From a virus, in IMG/VR virus record IMGVR_UViG_3300037506_000159: a stretch of DNA of 32,199 nucleotides; one strand, written 5' to 3'. Position 1 is the first letter of the stretch. Every line of letters starts with the position of its first letter. A model generated the notes under the pieces. That model worked only from the letters and a program-made list of their open reading frames with translations. It did no database searches and had not been told where the DNA came from. Below, piece by piece: positions 17,484-25,306 of this stretch. A program made the translations under genes and the position numbers.

Positions 17484-17504
17484 GCTTAGCGGCGGAGGGG
17501 CATC

Positions 17505-17798
17505 TTGGACGAGACAAATGTTTTCCATGTTTTGAAAGTCGAGGATATCGACGATAAGATAGCCTTGAATATAAAGAAACACGGATATAGTCTAAAACAA
17601 TTCAGGGATTTATTGGCATTTGAGATGTTCTTGATTCAGCGCGACTTATTAAAGACTCAGTGGTTATTCTCAAAGAGTACAAGGAGCCATCAAGAGTTGC
17701 TTAGAGAGACGCTGCCCCTTTCCATCCAGATTCAGAACCTGACTGAACAGATATTCCGAGTTGATCAAATTATGCGAGACGAGTTAGAAAGGAGTTAA
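17505..17798 (+). CDS. hypothetical protein
   Basis: 97-aa ORF with a TTG start 5 nt after GGAGGGG. Confidence 0.45.
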   Translation: MDETNVFHVLKVEDIDDKIALNIKKHGYSLKQFRDLLAFEMFLIQRDLLKTQWLFSKSTRSHQELLRETLPLSIQIQNLTEQIFRVDQIMRDELERS

Positions 17799-17799
17799 T

Positions 17800-18510
17800 A
17801 TGGCAACACAAGTATACCCGAATTCAATTATTGCTTTCACAGACAAAACAAAATTTGTTGATCTTGTCGAGGCAGAACATATAAACCAATTGCAAGAAGA
17901 AGTCACTGCGCTTGAAACAGAACTCGGGAAACAAATAAAAGAGACATCCACAAGCTTAAAAACACGTCTTGCCGTTTGCTTAGCAGGAGATGGGGCTATT
18001 GTTAGCTCTCCGTCGTTCCCAGCTTCGCCTTTGGCAAAACAATTGTTTTATCAAACAAGCCTGGACAAGTTGTTTATAAGAAACAGTTCAAACAGTGGAT
18101 GGACTTCGTTAAGCGGATTAGCAGGTATTCTTTGCGCCGGGAGAGAAGATACACCTACAGGAGCTTCATCTTCGCCTCAAGACCATATTCTTATTGCAAA
18201 CGTGCCGTTTGAGACTGCGGTATACGCTGTTTTTTACGCGTTTTCAGTGGAGTATTCAGGGGTTGCTGCTACAGTTGATATTGCCATTGGGGAGAATCTT
18301 ATATATTCGGAATCATTCAGCGCGAGTGCAACAAGAAGAGCAGTAAAGTTGGTCAATGTAACAAACAGTACAGTAGATGTGAAGATGATATTAACCCGTG
18401 ATACAATTCCTCCTGGAAGCTTCTCTCTACTTAACGGATACGTTGTTATTGCCAAGGTTGAATCTAGCTACACTGATATTGGCACGCAAAATGCCTCAAC
18501 TGTCTTCTAA
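17800..18510 (+). CDS. tail fibre / receptor-binding protein
   Basis: The N-terminal FVDLVEAEHINQLQEEVTALETELG matches the widespread fibre motif (d.v.A.h.N.lq.ei.a.e..lG). This is the last gene of the structural block. Confidence 0.55.
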   Translation: MATQVYPNSIIAFTDKTKFVDLVEAEHINQLQEEVTALETELGKQIKETSTSLKTRLAVCLAGDGAIVSSPSFPASPLAKQLFYQTSLDKLFIRNSSNSGWTSLSGLAGILCAGREDTPTGASSSPQDHILIANVPFETAVYAVFYAFSVEYSGVAATVDIAIGENLIYSESFSASATRRAVKLVNVTNSTVDVKMILTRDTIPPGSFSLLNGYVVIAKVESSYTDIGTQNASTVF

Positions 18511-18624
18511 CGTCTTTCTCTTTCCAGTTCTTCTTTTCTCTAGCCTCATCACAGCAATCTTATTAGAGGCCCGCCCCGCTTTGAATGATAATGCTGATTG
18601 CGCAAAATAAATAACCAAAAAAAG

Positions 18625-18652
18625 TTGACAAATAAATTATTGAGCTTAGAAT
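18625..18652 (+). promoter_or_regulatory. sigma70-like promoter (TTGACA-16 nt-TAGAAT)
   Basis: TTGACA at 18625-18630 and TAGAAT at 18647-18652, in a 140-nt gap after the structural genes. It is followed by AAAGGAGGGGG and ATG 18675. Confidence 0.55.
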
Positions 18653-18674
18653 GAGAAACAGAAAGGAGGGGGCC

Positions 18675-18914
18675 ATGATTCAACAATTATATTTTAATGG
18701 TGCCAATATATGCCGGTTCAGGAAAAAGAATAAAATGAGTATTTCTGATTTAATGTTTCTTTTTTTTCAGTCTTCGAGAAGGAAGATCTCCCGGCAGACA
18801 TTATTAAATTGGGAAAGTGGTCGGACAAACCCTGACGCACAGGATTTGGTTGTCTTGGCGCGAGTACTTGGAGTTGATCCTATAAGCTTATATAACAATA
18901 GGGGGAAGAAATGA
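18675..18914 (+). CDS. XRE-family helix-turn-helix regulator
   Basis: ATG 18675 lies 5 nt after GGAGGGGG. The track start 18651 overlaps the -10 box. ISRQTLLNWESGRTNPDAQDLVVLARVLGVDPISLY is an HTH_3-type signature. Confidence 0.65.
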   Translation: MIQQLYFNGANICRFRKKNKMSISDLMFLFFQSSRRKISRQTLLNWESGRTNPDAQDLVVLARVLGVDPISLYNNRGKK

Positions 18915-18980
18915 GAGTCCTTTTTGGGTTCAAAAGTATTTATAAAAAACAAACAGATTATAATCGGATAAAAATGATCA

Positions 18981-20480
18981 TTGCAAATTTTGGAGAGGAA
19001 AGGTTGGCCAAAAGAGATGATCGATCAAATCGAATTATACCCTCACCAGAAAAGGGCTTTAAACAAAGCTCGTTCAAATAATTTCTGCCTCGGAATATTT
19101 CATGAGCCCGGCCTTGGGAAAACAATACTATCATTAAAGATATACTCCGAAATAAAGAAGATAAAGCCATCTGTAAAGATGGTTATTTTTTGCCCAAAAT
19201 CGATAATCAATTCCGTATGGGTTGCCACAATAAAAGAAATATTCCCAAAATTAATCGTTATAAAAGATATCACCAGGGTGAGAGGTGGCAAGATACCATA
19301 TTTCTTTGATATCCTTGTCATTAATTATGAGAAGATTGTTAGTAACAGATATTTTGAAATGATCAAGGACATTCTCAATGAATGTACTGATGTTCTTTGT
19401 GTTCTTGATGAGAGCTCCAGGATTAAGAATATAAAGAGCATTACGACAAAAAGGATTTTATCGTTAAAGCCTTACGCTGAATATCGGGTTGTTTTATCTG
19501 GTACTCCTTCCCCGAATACTATTCTTGAGTTGTATCCACAGATTACTTTCATTAATGATAATATTCTAGGCGGATCTTATTATAAATTCAGGAATAATTA
19601 TGCTTCTTTACACAGAGGGAATTATGTTATTAAAAATATTGCTGGGTTAAATATTCTAGAGATGATGAAAAATGGATGGGATATGAGAGTTTCTGAAGAA
19701 AATTGCGCTAATTTGCTTGAAAAAATAGATTGCGTGACTGATTTCCAGAACAAAAAGATTATAAATCTGCCGGGGAAGAATAAGAAAATTGTATATGTTT
19801 GTCAGTCTACAGAATTTTACCGCTTATACAGAATTGCGGAAAGAGATTTTATAGTAACTATTGAAGAAAATAATGTAGGAATACCGAACCAGATGTCGAA
19901 AATGACTAAATTAAGGCAGATATGCAGTGGATTTATATATAAAAATGAGCAAGATAAAGAGATTATAATGATAAAAGACAACAGGAAGATCGCATCATTT
20001 AATGAAATTGTTGTGGAGATTGGGGAGAAACAAGCTGTTGTGTGGGTTACCTTCAATGCTGAATATGATCTTATTAGTGAAGCTTTAAGCTCATTAAATA
20101 AAACATTCTGTGTGTTAAGAGAATCCTCTGGGGTTTCTTATGGAGATATTATATCTGATTTCTCAAAGAACAAGTTTCAGTTCTTAATAGCGAATCCTTC
20201 TGTTGGGGGGCATGGGCATAATTTTGTTTTTTGTCATATTGGCATATATTTTTCCTTTGACTATTCTTTTGAAAAGCACTCTCAATCTATTGATCGTTTT
20301 CACCGTATGGGACAAGAGAACCCATGCGTTTATTATTATCTTGTTTGTTTAAATACTATTGAAGAGGATATTTTGGATTCCCTGGAAAATAAGAAAACAA
20401 TGGTTGATTTTATTCACCATGTTTCCGATAGAATTAAAAGTTCAAGCTATTATGATAACAGAGAAACGAACAGAAGCTGA
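18981..20480 (+). CDS. SNF2-family (SF2) helicase / DNA translocase
   Basis: YPHQ, GLGKT (motif I), VLDESSRIKN (motif II), LSGTPSPN (motif III), DRFHRMGQ (motif VI). The start is uncertain: TTG 18981 or ATG 19017. Confidence 0.75.
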   Translation: MQILERKGWPKEMIDQIELYPHQKRALNKARSNNFCLGIFHEPGLGKTILSLKIYSEIKKIKPSVKMVIFCPKSIINSVWVATIKEIFPKLIVIKDITRVRGGKIPYFFDILVINYEKIVSNRYFEMIKDILNECTDVLCVLDESSRIKNIKSITTKRILSLKPYAEYRVVLSGTPSPNTILELYPQITFINDNILGGSYYKFRNNYASLHRGNYVIKNIAGLNILEMMKNGWDMRVSEENCANLLEKIDCVTDFQNKKIINLPGKNKKIVYVCQSTEFYRLYRIAERDFIVTIEENNVGIPNQMSKMTKLRQICSGFIYKNEQDKEIIMIKDNRKIASFNEIVVEIGEKQAVVWVTFNAEYDLISEALSSLNKTFCVLRESSGVSYGDIISDFSKNKFQFLIANPSVGGHGHNFVFCHIGIYFSFDYSFEKHSQSIDRFHRMGQENPCVYYYLVCLNTIEEDILDSLENKKTMVDFIHHVSDRIKSSSYYDNRETNRS

Positions 20481-20763
20481 TCTACTCCGGGCAGTTGCCC
20501 GCCATATTAAAAAGAATTATCCTTCCTGCTGGTTCTACAAGACTGCCGATAAATTCACAAGCGGAATCCCAGATTTGATTATATGCAAAGATGGATGCTT
20601 CATCGCAATTGAATTGAAAAGATCAATCAAAGAACAGCCAAAAAACGTGACGCTGCAGGATATAACCATAGAAAAAATAAGAAAAGCCGGCGGGAAAGCG
20701 GCGAAGTGCTTCACCGTCGAGGATGTTGACAATCTGTTAAGAGATAACCCTGCTAAGGCCTGA
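20452..20763 (+). CDS. VRR-NUC domain nuclease
   Basis: ATG 20452 overlaps the SNF2 gene end by 29 nt. GIPDLIICKDGCFIAIELKRS is the D...(D/E)xK VRR-NUC core. Size is about 103 aa. Confidence 0.65.
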   Translation: MITEKRTEADLLRAVARHIKKNYPSCWFYKTADKFTSGIPDLIICKDGCFIAIELKRSIKEQPKNVTLQDITIEKIRKAGGKAAKCFTVEDVDNLLRDNPAKA

Positions 20764-20793
20764 TTGGTTAAGTAAAAAAATATTCAAATTAAT

Positions 20794-20821
20794 TTGACAA
20801 ATTTTTTTAATCATATATGAT
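20794..20821 (+). promoter_or_regulatory. sigma70-like promoter (TTGACA-16 nt-TATGAT)
   Basis: TTGACA at 20794-20799 and TATGAT at 20816-20821, followed by AAAGGAGGG and ATG 20845. Confidence 0.5.
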
Positions 20822-20844
20822 AATCGTAAGAAAGGAGGGATTAT

Positions 20845-21267
20845 ATGGAAACAGCGCCTTTAGAAAAAGAGATTGTTGAAGAATTGTTCCGTCTTAGGGG
20901 GCTTCTGAGAGAGCTTGAATTAGAGCATGAAAGAATAGAGAAAGAGATAAAAGAAAAAACAGATAAGCTGATTTCTTTTCTGAACAATTCAGGCAAAAGC
21001 TCTACTGGAATGATTCGCGGAATCGGCGAGATATCTTTAAGGAAAGCAACAAAGTATGCTTCTTACAAACAGGAAAACCTTGCCGAAGTGAAGAATTACC
21101 TAAAATCAATTGCCCGTGAAGATATTATTAAAGAAACAATCAACCCAAAAGCGCTGGCCGAGGCAATATCATCGGCCATCGAAAAAACGCCTAGCACACA
21201 TATCCCGCAGTGTATCAATTTATATGCGTTGGTTGGATTAAATTACCGTGAATGGAAAGGAGACTAG
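20845..21267 (+). CDS. coiled-coil protein, Mu Gam-like or Gp157-like (tentative)
   Basis: 140 aa. An N-terminal heptad-rich helix is followed by GIGEISLRKATKYASYKQENLAEVKNYLKS...IIKETINPKAL, which resembles the G.v.fR...p.v...e.v...Lk layout of those families. Confidence 0.35.
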   Translation: METAPLEKEIVEELFRLRGLLRELELEHERIEKEIKEKTDKLISFLNNSGKSSTGMIRGIGEISLRKATKYASYKQENLAEVKNYLKSIAREDIIKETINPKALAEAISSAIEKTPSTHIPQCINLYALVGLNYREWKGD

Positions 21268-21272
21268 AATAA

Positions 21273-21446
21273 ATGTTCAAGGATAAAGATAGCACGGCAT
21301 TAATTGAAGCCTTTAACAGCTTCTTTCAGCACTTCCCACTAGAATATCAGTATGAAGAAACTAACACTACAAAAAATGTTAATCTCTCGGGAACAAACAA
21401 AAATCGGAGGAATAAAAATGACCGACAAAAAAGTGAAAAATTATAA
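21273..21446 (+). CDS. small hypothetical ORF (57 aa)
   Basis: ATG 21273 lies 10 nt after AGGAG. The ORF is below the track cut-off and overlaps the next gene by 29 nt. Confidence 0.25.
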   Translation: MFKDKDSTALIEAFNSFFQHFPLEYQYEETNTTKNVNLSGTNKNRRNKNDRQKSEKL

Positions 21447-22176
21447 CACCGAAGTCGCTTCCCTAGAAGATAGTGCTCGAGCAGAAATCGTTTTCTTAGA
21501 AGATCGGAATCAACCAATGATTAATAACAAAATGAAGAATATCAACCTTGAAGACATTGAGATGCCAAGGGTAAAACTAGTCCAGCACATGTCTGATGAA
21601 GTCTCTTCGCAAACAGAATTAGTAAAAAATATCAGCCCAGGAGATATTATAAATTCAATAACCAAAGAAAAACTGGAAAAAGATTTTATCCCGGTCTTTA
21701 TGTTCAAAGAATATGTTAAATTCAACCCACGAAACAAAACATCCCCAGACTACGACCCTTCTTATATGCCAGGAGCGCTTATCTGGAGAACAACCAACCC
21801 GCTTGACCCTCGTGTTGAACAAACAAAGTTTGGCCCAAATGGAGATAAGCCAAGCGCGTTTGCGTCAATAAGTTTCTTATGCATGTTTGACAAATCAATA
21901 ATGCCATTAATCCTTTCATTCAACAAATCATCTTATAAGGAGGGGAAAAAGCTCCTTACCATGGCATTATTCCTTGGTAATAATATGTGGGACAATAAGT
22001 ATACAATATCGGCCGTTTTGGAGAAAAATGATTTAGGGAGCTTTTATAAATTAAAAGCTACAATATCCGGGAATAAAGTTAACGATAATGAAAGAAAAAC
22101 ATGTCTGAATATCAACAATGATTTCTCCGGGAAAATCCATGAGCTCTTTGTTGATGAAATATCTTCCATAGAATAA
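21418..22176 (+). CDS. hypothetical replication/recombination-module protein
   Basis: ATG 21418 lies 6 nt after GGAGG, whereas the track start 21352 has no SD. 252 aa. No family recognised by eye. Confidence 0.5.
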   Translation: MTDKKVKNYNTEVASLEDSARAEIVFLEDRNQPMINNKMKNINLEDIEMPRVKLVQHMSDEVSSQTELVKNISPGDIINSITKEKLEKDFIPVFMFKEYVKFNPRNKTSPDYDPSYMPGALIWRTTNPLDPRVEQTKFGPNGDKPSAFASISFLCMFDKSIMPLILSFNKSSYKEGKKLLTMALFLGNNMWDNKYTISAVLEKNDLGSFYKLKATISGNKVNDNERKTCLNINNDFSGKIHELFVDEISSIE

Positions 22177-22255
22177 ATATTAAAGATATATATTAATAGC
22201 GCAGAGACAATACTTTTTATCCGCTATACATCCTTTTGTGGCTGGTTGGAGATTT

Positions 22256-24244
22256 ATGTCTTTAATAGAACAATACGTTAATCTCGAGTGGTCAATATTC
22301 CCTGTTGTTTATGGGACAAAAACACCATTTAAAAATACAAATGGTCTTAAAGAAGCGACAAATAATATATATGAAGCCAGAACCCTTTTCTCCAGGCACA
22401 ATCAATATAATATTGGGGTCGCTACAGGGAAGGGGTTCTTTGTTCTTGACGTTGATGTCAAGAAGACAGATGGTATATCAGCGCTTGAATCTTTGAAAAA
22501 GAAATACGGAGCCTTCCCAGAAACAGTAACGTCAATAACTCCAAGCGGCGGGTTTCATTACTATTTTCTAACTCCAACAAATATTCAGATAAGAAACTCC
22601 CAGGGCCTTGTAGGAGAAGGCCTTGATATCCGTGGAATCGGCGGGTATGTCCTAGTGCCGGACAGTTTTGTCGCTGGCTATTATCGGTGGGCTCCTGGCC
22701 TAAGCCCGTTTAATATAGATATGGCGCCATGCCCTGAGTGGATTATAAACATCATCTTATCCAAAAACAAAAAAGAAAATAATCCCCATGAAGAATTTTT
22801 CCCTATCGGGACTCAAGATGAATCATTATTAAAACTAACATGCGCCTTAATCAATAAGAACATCCCCCACGATATTGTAGAAGAAACATTAAACCATTTG
22901 TTGACTAAAATCCCGCAGGATTTGTCTGATAAATTCTCAAAAAAAGATATAAAAAGATGGATTGAAAGCGCATCAAAATATCGGAAGAAAACAACGAATG
23001 CACTCATAATAGCCGAGGAACTGATTAAAAATCATTCAATTATCAATGTGAATGAAATAGGGATTCTTCAATACAAAGATGGATATTATCAGAAAATATC
23101 CGAGAATTCGGTTATTAAATACATTACGGATGCTTGCGGGTGCTTATCAATAACAAAAATAAACCTTATTATAAAATATATTAAGTCTTTAACAGAAATA
23201 CCGCTAAAAGATGTCAATAATTATGATGCGCTTATAAATCTAGAAAATGGGGTTCTTGATCTTGAGAATACGGAATTGAATCCTCATTCAAGCCATTTTC
23301 TCATGACCACAAGATTCCCCGTCAGATATAATGAATCAGAAAAACGCCCACTTTGGGATGCGTTTCTTAAAGAAATATTTCAAGATGAATCATCAATAAA
23401 TATTGTTCAAGAATTCTTTGGGTTATGCCTGACAAGAGAAACATTTAACAAGTCTTTGTTCCTTGTTGGCGAAGGTAAAAATGGGAAATCAACATTCCTA
23501 AATACTATCAAGGCCATATTGGGGAATGAAAACACCTGCGAATTGAACCTTGAAATGCTTGATAAGGGCTTTTATATCGCTCATTTACATAATAAATTGC
23601 TAAATATTTGCTCAGAGATAAATACCGGACATTCAATCTCTGATGATATTTTCAAGAAAATAGTTACCCAGGATTATATAATGGGAGATCATAAATTCGG
23701 CAACCCGTTCTCGTTCAAACCGTCATGCAAGCTTGTTTTCGCAACAAACACCATGCCAAGAGTGTCTGACAAATCACACGCTTTCTTCAGGCGTGTCATA
23801 ATTATAAATATGACAAGAGTGTTTGATGATAATGAAGAAATTCACGACTATTCAAGCCGGCTTCTAGAAGAAAAAACAGGAATATTAAACTGGATGATTG
23901 AAGGGCTTAAAAGATTAAAATTGAATAAAAAGTTTAGTGTCAATCAACAAATTGAAAGGAACGTCTATCTGTATAAACTGGAAAACAACCCTGTTCTTGG
24001 GTTTGTGACTGAATTCTGTATTTTTGACAATTGCTCAGGTACATTAAAAAATATTATATATAACGCATACAAGAAATATTGCATTGATTATGGTTTCATC
24101 CCTCTTAATATCAGAAAGTTTATTAAAGAATTAAAGAGAATATCTCCAAAAAACGAGCTTGACGATAAGAGAAATGATCAGGGTAGACTTCTCCATGGAA
24201 TTAGATTAAAAGAAGATTTTGGACATATTCTAGAAGATCTCTAA
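22256..24244 (+). CDS. bifunctional primase-polymerase (Prim-Pol) fused to P4/D5-type SF3 helicase
   Basis: The N-terminus has WSIFPVVYGTKTP...NIGVATGKGFFVLDVDVK...TPSGGFHYYF...GLDIRGIGGYVLVPDS (Prim-Pol). The C-terminal part has Walker A VGEGKNGKST and P4-family primase C-terminal features. ATG 22256 follows GGAG (track start GTG 22238). Confidence 0.8.
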   Translation: MSLIEQYVNLEWSIFPVVYGTKTPFKNTNGLKEATNNIYEARTLFSRHNQYNIGVATGKGFFVLDVDVKKTDGISALESLKKKYGAFPETVTSITPSGGFHYYFLTPTNIQIRNSQGLVGEGLDIRGIGGYVLVPDSFVAGYYRWAPGLSPFNIDMAPCPEWIINIILSKNKKENNPHEEFFPIGTQDESLLKLTCALINKNIPHDIVEETLNHLLTKIPQDLSDKFSKKDIKRWIESASKYRKKTTNALIIAEELIKNHSIINVNEIGILQYKDGYYQKISENSVIKYITDACGCLSITKINLIIKYIKSLTEIPLKDVNNYDALINLENGVLDLENTELNPHSSHFLMTTRFPVRYNESEKRPLWDAFLKEIFQDESSINIVQEFFGLCLTRETFNKSLFLVGEGKNGKSTFLNTIKAILGNENTCELNLEMLDKGFYIAHLHNKLLNICSEINTGHSISDDIFKKIVTQDYIMGDHKFGNPFSFKPSCKLVFATNTMPRVSDKSHAFFRRVIIINMTRVFDDNEEIHDYSSRLLEEKTGILNWMIEGLKRLKLNKKFSVNQQIERNVYLYKLENNPVLGFVTEFCIFDNCSGTLKNIIYNAYKKYCIDYGFIPLNIRKFIKELKRISPKNELDDKRNDQGRLLHGIRLKEDFGHILEDL

Positions 24245-24461
24245 TAATTAACCCTCGCCAAAATGATGGCTTCAATGTCTTTCATAAGTGCCCCACTATA
24301 ATAACCCTTCATTTATATCAAGCTAATCCCCCCTATCGGCTCAATCTAACATTTTTTCTTTCATATCAACTGTTTTTTATCAATAAATATTGTGTGTTAA
24401 TATATTATTTCGTTACTGTTTTTGTTGACAAATCATGCGTAACCCATTGCGGGACATACGG

Positions 24462-24731
24462 ATGACTAATAATGACTAATAATGACTAATATTTTTACGA
24501 TTAGTCATGTGGAAGTCGTTGCCTTGCAACAATTTGTGGTTTTTATGACTAATATGACTAATTTTTTCTATTATTAGATAAATATATTTAAAAATATATA
24601 AAAAGAAGAAAGAAAAAAAACATATATATAATATAAAAAAAATGCCAATATTGGTCATTTTTTCTGTAACCGGTTGAAAATGTTAATGTTGCACATGACT
24701 AATTTTCAAAATATTAGTCATTATTAGTCAG
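24462..24731. repeat. iteron / palindrome cluster built on ATGACTAAT, flanking an extremely AT-rich stretch (probable origin or operator region)
   Basis: Forward copies at 24462-70, 24472-80, 24482-90, 24545-53, 24554-62 and 24695-703. Inverted copies (ATTAGTCAT) at 24500-08 and 24713-21. Degenerate inverted copies at 24650-58 and 24723-31. Confidence 0.8.
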
Positions 24732-24823
24732 GAAATATATAAGTATAATATAATGAACATGTTACAAAAGAATTGTGGTGAAAATAAGGCATCATACTGT
24801 TGGAAATTTTTGTTATTTTTTGG

Positions 24824-24851
24824 TTGAAAAGTAGTTTTTTTGTTGTATAAT
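24824..24851 (+). promoter_or_regulatory. sigma70-like promoter (TTGAAA-16 nt-TATAAT)
   Basis: TTGAAA at 24824-24829 and TATAAT at 24846-24851, about 100 nt upstream of the HTH gene. Confidence 0.45.
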
Positions 24852-24954
24852 GTTACTATGAAAAATCAAGTTTATAATTTTTATATCGTGTTCTCTTCAA
24901 TAATTAACATTGTTATTTTATGTATTTTATTGTTGATGGAATGGTGAAATAATT

Positions 24955-25170
24955 ATGATTATTAACGGCGTGAATTACATTTGTGTTGATGAAGCATCAT
25001 GTCTTATAGGATATACAAAAGCAACAATAAGGAAAAAGGCAAGGGATGGTTCTATCCAAGCATTCAAGAGAGGCAAAAAATGGTTCTTTATTAAAGAAGA
25101 TTTAATTAATCTCTTGAAAGAATATAAAGTCTTGTCCCCAAAAGAAAGGAGCAGAGAAAATGAAAAATGA
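24955..25170 (+). CDS. excisionase / MerR-type (HTH_17-like) DNA-binding protein
   Basis: 71 aa. YICVDEASCLIGYTKATIRKKARDGSIQAFKRGKKWFFIKEDL fits the excisionase-family HTH pattern (..eaa..lg.s..t......G.i.a.k.G..w.i....l). Confidence 0.55.
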   Translation: MIINGVNYICVDEASCLIGYTKATIRKKARDGSIQAFKRGKKWFFIKEDLINLLKEYKVLSPKERSRENEK

Positions 25171-25306
25171 TACATGGGTTAAATGTCCATCATGCCAAGG
25201 GGACGCGCGAGAACTGGATGGTTTTTTTAGATGTGAATCATGCGGGGATGAATTCCTTGAGGATGAAATCTATGAAGAGGAAAAGACTGAACGGGAATCC
25301 CGCTAA
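25160..25306 (+). CDS. zinc-ribbon protein, probably the N-terminal fragment of a gene split by the foreign segment
   Basis: ATG 25160 lies 8 nt after AGGAG. The 48-aa translation MKNDTWVKCPSCQGDARELDGFFRCESCGDEFLEDEIYEEEKTERESR carries two CxxC pairs. The ORF is below the track cut-off. Confidence 0.5.
   Translation: MKNDTWVKCPSCQGDARELDGFFRCESCGDEFLEDEIYEEEKTERESR

Noticed and set aside
18555-18600. Inverted repeat GCAATC...GATTGC after the last tail gene, considered as a terminator.
   Set aside because: The stem is only 6 bp, the loop is 34 nt, and no T-run follows it.
21352-21417. ORF-track start at 21352 for the 274-aa ORF.
   Set aside because: There is no SD upstream, whereas ATG 21418 follows GGAGG at 6 nt. 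The upstream extension overlaps a small SD-preceded ORF (21273..21446).
24424-24460. The third TTGACAAAT considered as a complete promoter.
   Set aside because: No acceptable -10 hexamer lies 15-19 nt downstream. It is reported only as a shared -35-like motif.
24476-24658. Minus-strand 60-aa ORF in the large intergenic region.
   Set aside because: It is built entirely from the ATGACTAAT repeats and the poly-A/T core (FFILYICFFSFFFLYIFKYIYLII). It would be the only minus-strand gene, and it has no SD.
24462-24731. The repeat cluster considered as a possible CRISPR array.
   Set aside because: The repeat unit is only 9 bp. Copies occur in both orientations and with irregular or zero spacing. 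There are no spacer-sized unique intervals and no cas genes.
25167-25288. N-terminal 41 codons of the ORF-track ATPase gene (start ATG 25167).
   Set aside because: This stretch is AT-rich phage sequence that overlaps the SD-preceded zinc-ribbon ORF in another frame, and its translation (MIHGLNVHHAKGTRENWMVFLDVNHAGMNSLRMKSMKRKR) has no ATPase features. The open frame is most simply a by-product of the junction.
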